Shown here piece after piece: positions 58,195-64,000 of a stretch of 64,000 nt of DNA. Both the position numbers and the translations under genes were made by a program. Source of the stretch: Dehalococcoidales bacterium (GTDB lineage: Bacteria; Chloroflexota; Dehalococcoidia; Dehalococcoidales; W693); NCBI GenBank assembly GCA_034431095.1, contig DAOUDM010000019.1, forward strand, positions 13,653 through 77,652. Reading direction: 5' to 3'. The notes beneath the pieces are model-generated. The model saw only the letters and a list, made by a program, of their open reading frames with translations, was not told where the DNA came from and ran no database searches. Position 1 is the stretch's first letter. Each line of letters opens with the position of its first letter.

Positions 58195-58512
58195 TCTCTT
58201 GGAGGGTGGTGGGTGGGTATAGATACTAAAAGAAAAATTACTATTCATAACAACCTCTCCCCCTTAATCCCCCTCTCCTTGTAAGGAGAGGGGGAGGGTT
58301 AATATGGAGGGACTGCGTCCCTCCAAACCTCCCTCTATTATGTTTTATATGGGTTATATTCCCCTAAACCTCACTCTATTGTGTTTATATGGGCTGTATC
58401 CCCCAAACTTCCCTTTCGAGCTTTGCCCCTCTTAAACATTCCTTTTATTCCATTTATTCCCTCTCCCTTTATTACAAGGGAGAGGGATAGAGGGAGAGGG
58501 ATTTATATAATT
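58195..58512. repeat. intergenic hairpin-repeat cluster C8 (M6-M3-M4-spacer-M5) between nadB and nadC
   Basis: Holds GGGTGGTGGGTGGGTATAGA, an 11-bp hairpin at 58268-58295, GGAGGGAC-TGC-GTCCCTCC at 58306-58324, and an 11-bp hairpin at 58459-58486 with tail ATAGAGGGAGAGGGATTTATA. It is collinear with the left part of C2. Confidence 0.9.
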
Positions 58513-58515
58513 ATG

Positions 58516-60060
58516 CTAATCATTATTTATCACGATGTGCTTGCGCCACTCGGGTGAAGTCTCGGGGAAATCGGAGCGGAAGTGAGCGCCACGGCTCTCC
58601 TGTCTCAGGATAGCCGCCTCGGTCAGCAGGCGTCCGGTCAAGACCAGGTTTGCCATCTCGTACGAAGGACGGTCTTTCGGCTGGGGCAGGGACTCCTGCC
58701 AGCCAGCCAGTGTCTCGGCGGCTTCGACCAGCCCTTCTTCGTTCCGGATGATGCCTGCTTTATCCCAGAGGAGCCGTTGCAGGGTGGGAAGGCTGGGTGA
58801 AATCTTCCTCTTGGGTGGCTGTCTCCGCTCGAGCGAGAGGTGGATGTCTGCATCCTGACCGGGGACGGTCGCTGTCGGTTTGTCCGGCCTGCCGGTCTTT
58901 TCTATAATCCTCTTACCGAAAATCAGCACCTCCAGCAGTGAGTTCGAAGCCAGTCGGTTTGCCCCGTGGGCTCCGGTGCAGGCAACTTCGCCGGCGGCGA
59001 ACAGCCCGGTTATGCTGGTTTCGCCCCAGGTGTTGACCCTGACGCCGCCTATGGTGTAGTGGGCGGCTGGTGCCACCGGTATCGGTTGCTTGGTTATATC
59101 CAGGCCGTGGTCGAGGCAGAAGCAGTATATCTGGGGGAATCTGGTGGCGGTAATGTGGGGTGGTAGATGGGTGACGTCGAGCAGGACATTGTCCGCCCCG
59201 GTCTTTTCCATTTCGTGTAAAATACTGCGGGCGACGATGTCTCGCGGCGCCAGCTCGGCCTGCGGTGTATAGTCGGGCATAAAGCGGTAGCCTTCTATGT
59301 TGCGCAGTATTCCCCCCTCGCCCCTTACCGACTCCGAGATGAGGAAAGGGATTACCCCGGGAAGACACAGTGCGGTGGGGTGGAACTGGAAAAACTCCAT
59401 GTCTACTATCTCGGCGCCAGCCCGGAAAGCCAGGGCTATGCCGTCGCCGGTGGCTATCGGGGGGTTGGTGCTGAACTTAAATAGCTGTCCGGCGCCGCCG
59501 GTAGCCAGCATCAAGAAGTGGCCGCCGAACTCTTCGGTGGAGTTGTTCTCGCAGTCGAGGACTCTTACCCCGTTGACCCTGCCCTTCTCCACGATGATAT
59601 CGGTCGCCAGGTGGTGCTCCATGACCCGTATTTCAGTTGAGAGCACCCTTTTACTCAGCGTTAGCTCGATATGTTCACCGGTGGTATCGCCTCCGGCGTG
59701 GAGGATACGGGGCAGGCTGTGTGCCGCCTCCAGGGTGAGGTCAATCTCTCCGTCTAGTGTATCGAAGGGCACGCCCAGGTTGACTAGGTCAGCGATGCGG
59801 TCGGGGGCTTCGTTGACCAGGATACTCACCGCCTCTTCGTTGCACAGACCATCGCCGGCGGTTATGGTATCCTTGAAGTGTAGCTCCGGCGAGTCGCTTT
59901 TGCCTATAGCGGCGGCGATGCCCCCCTGGGCTAACCTGGTATTGCAGTCGTCGATACTGCCCTTGGTTATCAGGAGCACGCTTCCCTGCTCCTGTGCCAG
60001 CAGGGCACAATACAGCCCGGCAATACCACTGCCGACTATGATGTAATCATAGCGATAAAT
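58516..60060 (-). CDS. nadB: L-aspartate oxidase (apparent ATT start codon)
   Basis: The FAD-binding N-terminus YDYIIVGSGIAGL is encoded upstream of the first canonical start, GTG 59979. The frame is open from 60117. ATT 60060 has GGGAGG 7 nt upstream. Confidence 0.8.
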   Translation of the reverse strand: MYRYDYIIVGSGIAGLYCALLAQEQGSVLLITKGSIDDCNTRLAQGGIAAAIGKSDSPELHFKDTITAGDGLCNEEAVSILVNEAPDRIADLVNLGVPFDTLDGEIDLTLEAAHSLPRILHAGGDTTGEHIELTLSKRVLSTEIRVMEHHLATDIIVEKGRVNGVRVLDCENNSTEEFGGHFLMLATGGAGQLFKFSTNPPIATGDGIALAFRAGAEIVDMEFFQFHPTALCLPGVIPFLISESVRGEGGILRNIEGYRFMPDYTPQAELAPRDIVARSILHEMEKTGADNVLLDVTHLPPHITATRFPQIYCFCLDHGLDITKQPIPVAPAAHYTIGGVRVNTWGETSITGLFAAGEVACTGAHGANRLASNSLLEVLIFGKRIIEKTGRPDKPTATVPGQDADIHLSLERRQPPKRKISPSLPTLQRLLWDKAGIIRNEEGLVEAAETLAGWQESLPQPKDRPSYEMANLVLTGRLLTEAAILRQESRGAHFRSDFPETSPEWRKHIVINND

Positions 60061-60117
60061 TGGGCTACCTCCCAGACCATATAGTTGACTTTGGTTAGGG
60101 GTATGGCGAACGGGTCT

Positions 60118-60477
60118 CTACCTGGTTTCTTCCTGTTTGCCGGCGATGCCGTTTCTGGCGACCCTTATTGTTGCCCCCGATTCCACCTTCAGGACGACAC
60201 TGTCCTCCTGGACGCTTTCAATGCGACCGTAGATACCGCCTACGGTGATTACCCTGTCGCCCTGGCTCAGCCCTTCGGCAAGCTCCTGGTGCTCCTTTTG
60301 TCTTTTACGCTGTGGTCGGATGATAAGAAAATAGAAGATACCAAAAAGCAATGCCATGAAGACTACCAGATAGATGGTGCTGGTGGTGTCTCCACCTTCC
60401 GTCGTGGTACAACCGCCCATAAGTGCCAGACCTAGCGCCAGCAATAGTACCAGGGCTAGAGATGCTACCTTTGCCAT
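60118..60477 (-). CDS. yajC: preprotein translocase subunit YajC with N-terminal signal/lipobox-like extension
   Basis: The YajC core is present (FYFLIIRPQRKRQKEHQ, GD.V.T.GGI.G). It is preceded by a signal-like LALMGGC segment. Confidence 0.8.
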   Translation of the reverse strand: MAKVASLALVLLLALGLALMGGCTTTEGGDTTSTIYLVVFMALLFGIFYFLIIRPQRKRQKEHQELAEGLSQGDRVITVGGIYGRIESVQEDSVVLKVESGATIRVARNGIAGKQEETR

Positions 60478-60501
60478 TTTTCCTCCTTAGACTAGTCAGT
60501 G

Positions 60502-61749
60502 CTATCTATGTATTCTTCCCTGGAGCGACCAGGGGCTTGTTTTTTCAATCTTCACTTTCACTAATTTCCCCAGCAGTTCGTCGTTTTCGCTGAAGAACAC
60601 CAGTTTACCACTTTGGCTTCTGCCGTGCCACCTGCCCTTCCTCCTACCCTCTACCAGGACTTCAACTGTTTTGCCCAGAAGCTGACTGTTTATCTCGGTG
60701 GCTATCTTCTCCTGTAGTTGCTCGATAGTATCCAGCCTCTCCTTTTTAACCGATGGCGGGACGTTATCTTCAAGATTTCGGGCGGCGATGGTGTCCGGCC
60801 GGGGTGAATAGGCGGCGACGTGTACGTTATCAAACCTCAGCTCGCGGAGCAGGTCGACCGTTGCCCGGAACTGCTCTTCGCTCTCCAAGGGGAAGCCGAC
60901 GATAACATCGGTGCTCAGGGAGATTGCTGGCACCTGGCTCCGTATTCGGCTGACCAGGTGACGGTATTGCCTGGAGGTATAGCCCCGCCCCATCGTCTTC
61001 AGAACCTCATCGTCTCCCGCCTGGACGGGCAGGTTTATCTGCTGGCATACCTTGTCCAGCTTGGCTATTGCCTCGATAAGCCGGTCGCTCATATCCTTGG
61101 GGTGGTTGGTCAGGAAGCGGATGCGGGCGATGCCGTCTATGCCATTCAGCTCGTAGAGCAGGTGGGCGAGGTCGGGCTTATCGGGCAGGTCGTGGCCGTA
61201 AGAGTCCACGTTCTGCCCCAGCAGGATAACCTCCTTCACCCCGCGCTGTGCCAGCTCTTTTACCTCGTCGACTATTTTAGAGACCGCTCGGCTCTTCTCC
61301 CGCCCGCGGCGGTTGGGGACGACGCAATAGGAACAGAAGTTATCACAGCCCTGGATGATGGGGACGTAGGCGCTCGGCGACGGTTGCTGTGGCAACATCG
61401 GGAACGGCTCGTTTTTTGCCAGCCAATCCGGGTATTCACCGGGCTTGAAGAAGTGGTCGACGTGGGGGAATCGCCGCTTGAGCCTGGCGGTGTCAGAGTT
61501 GACGAGGCAGCCGGTGACGGCCAGCATCGGCGGTCGGGGCGACCTCTTTAGTGTCTTCAGGGCGTTGATTTTGTTTACAATACGGTCTTCAGCATGCTGG
61601 CGCACGACACAGCTATTGAGCACGATGAGGTCGGCTTCCCCGGCGATAGCCGTCGGCTGGTAGCCGAGGTGCTGGAACAGGCTCTCCAGCCGCTCCGACT
61701 CCGCCTTGTTCATCTGACAGCCGATAGTCCAGATATGATATAGGGGCAT
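60502..61749 (-). CDS. miaB: MiaB-family radical SAM methylthiotransferase
   Basis: 415-aa ORF with an N-terminal UPF0004 domain (IWTIGCQMN), radical SAM motif CDNFCSYCVVP, and a C-terminal TRAM domain. Confidence 0.85.
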   Translation of the reverse strand: MPLYHIWTIGCQMNKAESERLESLFQHLGYQPTAIAGEADLIVLNSCVVRQHAEDRIVNKINALKTLKRSPRPPMLAVTGCLVNSDTARLKRRFPHVDHFFKPGEYPDWLAKNEPFPMLPQQPSPSAYVPIIQGCDNFCSYCVVPNRRGREKSRAVSKIVDEVKELAQRGVKEVILLGQNVDSYGHDLPDKPDLAHLLYELNGIDGIARIRFLTNHPKDMSDRLIEAIAKLDKVCQQINLPVQAGDDEVLKTMGRGYTSRQYRHLVSRIRSQVPAISLSTDVIVGFPLESEEQFRATVDLLRELRFDNVHVAAYSPRPDTIAARNLEDNVPPSVKKERLDTIEQLQEKIATEINSQLLGKTVEVLVEGRRKGRWHGRSQSGKLVFFSENDELLGKLVKVKIEKTSPWSLQGRIHR

Positions 61750-61771
61750 AAAAACTAACCTATATTTTTAG

Positions 61772-61963
61772 CTATAAGAACCAAAGTTGGAATTGTTGAT
61801 AAGTCTCTTTATCGTGAAAATCCATGTCTTTGTCATCTTCCCAGACTAATTCAGTAAAGTTGTCATAATCTTCACCGTATCCTTTGCACATGACGAATAT
61901 TCGCCTAAAAGGATTGAGTTTTAAAATAACTCTTGCTAAAAACGGATTAATTGTTGTTGACAT
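61772..61963 (-). CDS. small AT-rich hypothetical ORF downstream of the DpnI-like gene
   Basis: A 63-aa ORF from ATG 61963, which lies 4 nt after the upstream stop, or 74 aa from TTG 61996. No SD is evident and I recognise no family. Confidence 0.35.
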   Translation of the reverse strand: MSTTINPFLARVILKLNPFRRIFVMCKGYGEDYDNFTELVWEDDKDMDFHDKETYQQFQLWFL

Positions 61964-61967
61964 GCTT

Positions 61968-62738
61968 TTATGCAAGGCGGTAAAGTCCTCGTTCAATAAA
62001 CTCCAGATAGCCTTTATCTCTTAAAATCTGTAACTGTTGGCGGATTTTATCTTTAATGTGCTTGTTATCTGGATGTTTTTTGCTTAATACGTTTTCGAAA
62101 GCGTAGACTTCATCAAGGGAAAATTCTTCATTCCCAAGTTCTTCAACACATTTCATGACGTCCAAAAGCCAGCCTTTTGCGTATATCTCCTTTTCTTCTC
62201 TTAAGAAAAGAGTCTTTTGCCATGTTGCAAGAACTTTATCCTTAGGCTCAACTTGGCTGTTTTTAATAAAGAATATTTTCCCTGTTTGAGGAATGCTTTT
62301 CAGTATAATATTACATCCGACCCAACCAGCACGTCGTGCAGTTTGTGCTAACGCTTTTCTTTTTTCTATTATCTCAGGAATAAAGAAGTGTTTGGGTATA
62401 ACGAAAAGATTTAAAACCATAAGATTTTTTAAGTCGTAATTTAACAGAAAGAAGTTTGGATTATTGCTATCCAGCAATCTTTCAATCATGGTACTGTATG
62501 CGCCATTGACTATTTTATTTCCAAATTTATCCCTCTTGCTTTTTAATTCATAAACCTCCTTACAGTTAGAACAGAAAAAATCGGAGACAGGTTTATTGTT
62601 CGCATATTTATTGATGTCAATATTCCCGCAGTTAGGACAATAAACATGATTGCCAACCCAACTCTCAGTTAGAACTCTAATTCTTTGAGATGGATTTTTA
62701 TAATCCTGGGCTAAATCTATTTGAAAGGATAGATTCAT
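61968..62738 (-). CDS. DpnI-like (Dam-replacing family) methyl-directed type IIM restriction endonuclease
   Basis: 256-aa AT-rich ORF. It closely parallels remembered DpnI features: SQRIRVLTE.W....YCPNCG, PV.DF.C..C.E.YELKS, NNPNFF.L.Y, ARRAGW.GCNI, and a C-terminal winged helix with HIK.KIRQQLQILRDK. Confidence 0.85.
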   Translation of the reverse strand: MNLSFQIDLAQDYKNPSQRIRVLTESWVGNHVYCPNCGNIDINKYANNKPVSDFFCSNCKEVYELKSKRDKFGNKIVNGAYSTMIERLLDSNNPNFFLLNYDLKNLMVLNLFVIPKHFFIPEIIEKRKALAQTARRAGWVGCNIILKSIPQTGKIFFIKNSQVEPKDKVLATWQKTLFLREEKEIYAKGWLLDVMKCVEELGNEEFSLDEVYAFENVLSKKHPDNKHIKDKIRQQLQILRDKGYLEFIERGLYRLA

Positions 62739-62802
62739 ATTTCCAGATAGAGCTTTAAGTGTGGTACTTCATAGTAAGGAGTTTTCATTTTTTATCTTTC
62801 TC

Positions 62803-62894
62803 TGGCGGAGGGGGAGGGATTCGAACCCTCGACCCCGGTTTCCCGGGGTAAGCGCTTAGCAGGCGCCCGCACTAGGCCACTATGCGACCCCTCC
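62803..62894 (-). tRNA. tRNA-Ser (anticodon GCT), CCA encoded
   Basis: The reverse complement is GGAGGGGTCGCATAGTGGCCTAGTGCGGGCGCCTGCTAAGCGCTTACCCCGGGAAACCGGGGTCGAGGGTTCGAATCCCTCCCCCTCCGCCA. It forms a class II cloverleaf with a long variable arm and anticodon loop CTGCTAA. Confidence 0.92.
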
Positions 62895-62974
62895 TCGCCT
62901 TGTAGTATCTCAGAGCCCTGGTTGACACCTTTAATATATCATATCAACCTTGATAGCTCAAAGATATTTTAAGT

Positions 62975-63185
62975 CTTTAACAACCTTTCCCCTTAGCCCT
63001 CTTCCTTAAGGGTGGTGGGTGGGAATAGACAGTAAGAGAGGGATTTATATTTGCTACCAACCTCACCCCCTTAATCCCCCTCTCCTTATAAGGAGAGGGG
63101 GAGATATAAGAAAGAGGGGGCATAAGCCCCCTCTAAACACCCCCTTCCAGGTGCTGGTTAGGGGAGAGAGATAAAAAGAAATAGG
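62975..63185. repeat. intergenic hairpin-repeat cluster C9
   Basis: Contains M6 (GGGTGGTGGGTGGGAATAGA), an M5 tail fragment (AGAGGGATTTATA) and an M3 11-bp hairpin at 63075-63102. An M1-type hairpin AGAGGGGGC-ATAA-GCCCCCTCT lies at 63113-63134. Confidence 0.85.
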
Positions 63186-63249
63186 GGCTACACTCTTCAT
63201 GGGCTCCCTATTTGAGGGCTACTCAACGCTATGCTATGATGAGATACAC

Positions 63250-63723
63250 ATGGAAATCAACGTTCTGTTCGATGAAGGCTTCGAGGACTGCCTTGGCGCC
63301 GAATGGCTTCAGGGGATAGCCGGGGCGGTGCTGGTTGCTCAGGGTATCGGGGACGATGTCGAGATGGGGCTGGTGATTGCCAGCCAGCAAAGGGTGCAGG
63401 AGCTGAATAAGACCTACCGGGGCAAAGATAAGCCCACCGATGTTCTCGCCTTTGCCCTGCTACCCGAAACCGATACAGAGCCGGATTTATCGTTCACCGC
63501 ACCGCCTGATGGGGTAAAGCACCTGGGAGAGGTGATTATCAGCTACCCGCAGGCTGTCCGACAGGCGGAGGAGCACCAGCATTCGCTAAAGAGGGAGGTG
63601 GCTATCCTCGCCATCCATGGGGTGCTTCACCTGCTGGGCTATGACCATATCGGATCTGATGAAGCAGCTTTGATGTCAGCTAAAGAGGCAGAAATACTGA
63701 AGGTGGTTGAGGCAGAGCTGTAA
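63250..63723 (+). CDS. ybeY: rRNA maturation endoribonuclease YbeY
   Basis: Has the zinc motif HGVLHLLGYDH. The start is ATG 63250. The ORF-track start at 63199 adds 17 non-conserved residues. Confidence 0.9.
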   Translation: MEINVLFDEGFEDCLGAEWLQGIAGAVLVAQGIGDDVEMGLVIASQQRVQELNKTYRGKDKPTDVLAFALLPETDTEPDLSFTAPPDGVKHLGEVIISYPQAVRQAEEHQHSLKREVAILAIHGVLHLLGYDHIGSDEAALMSAKEAEILKVVEAEL

Positions 63724-64000
63724 TGAAGGTGCTGGGGATTGCCGGCAGTCCGCGGCGGGGTGGCAATACCGACCGGCTGCTGGCTGAGGTTATGAAGGGT
63801 GCCGCCAGCAGGGGGGCTGAGGCCGAGACCATCGTCCTCAATGACCTGAATATTGCTCCCTGCCAGCACTGCAATACCTGCTATGAGGCAGGCAAATGTA
63901 AGTACGATGACGATATGCAGATGGTCTACCGGAAGCTGGCCAATGCCGACCGGATTGTGCTGGCTTCGCCGATACACTTTATGGGGGTGACCGCCCAGGC
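63723..64000 (+). CDS. flavodoxin-like / NADPH-dependent FMN reductase family protein (iron-sulfur flavoprotein-like), 3' end outside window
   Basis: Hand translation gives MKVLGIAGSPRRGGNTDRLL...CQHCNTCYEAGKCKYDD...SPIHFMGVTAQ. The ATG overlaps the ybeY stop as TAATG. It is absent from the ORF track because no stop falls inside the window. Confidence 0.75.
   Translation, partial: MKVLGIAGSPRRGGNTDRLLAEVMKGAASRGAEAETIVLNDLNIAPCQHCNTCYEAGKCKYDDDMQMVYRKLANADRIVLASPIHFMGVTAQ

Overview
This 64-kb bacterial chromosomal window (roughly mid-50s % GC by eye) is dominated by housekeeping genes. The taxon is not determinable here. Strong AGGAGG-type Shine-Dalgarno (SD) sites and the gene order would fit a Chloroflexota/Terrabacteria-like genome, but that is a guess. 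From the left: ahcY (partial), metK, an AT-rich orphan ORF and a phosphohexomutase. Next comes a contiguous minus-strand str-S10-spc-alpha ribosomal supercluster (about 4.2-24.9 kb, rpsL through rplM-rpsI). It lacks tuf, has an extra zinc-ribbon ORF between rplN and rplX, and encodes an S3 with a roughly 190-aa Lys/Ala/Pro/Glu tail. A divergent promoter region leads into a nine-gene plus-strand aromatic amino acid operon (DAHP synthase, aroB-D-E-K-A-C, pheA, tyrA; 25.4-33.8 kb). That operon is preceded by a candidate Tyr/Phe/Trp-rich leader peptide and a terminator/antiterminator. The right half holds tRNA-fMet with two tRNA remnants, rarA, an AmmeMemoRadiSam cluster, rplU-rpmA-rpmE, hisA/hisI, and gatC-(SagB-like)-gatA. 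It also holds an Lrp/aminotransferase pair, trpS-ispH-plsC, an RNase J-like gene, nadB/nadC, yajC, miaB, a DpnI-like restriction gene next to tRNA-Ser, and ybeY. The most unusual signal is non-coding. A modular family of polypyrimidine/polypurine perfect hairpins with G4-motif tails fills at least nine intergenic regions, with one relic inside the S10 operon, and abuts AT-rich single-gene islets. Several conserved genes (pgm-like, rplU, nadB, hisI) have N-termini encoded upstream of any ATG/GTG/TTG. Well-spaced SD sites there point to ATT/ATA initiation, and two of these genes have an in-frame stop just after a repeat-derived start. No CRISPR array, rRNA or transposase/integrase gene was seen.
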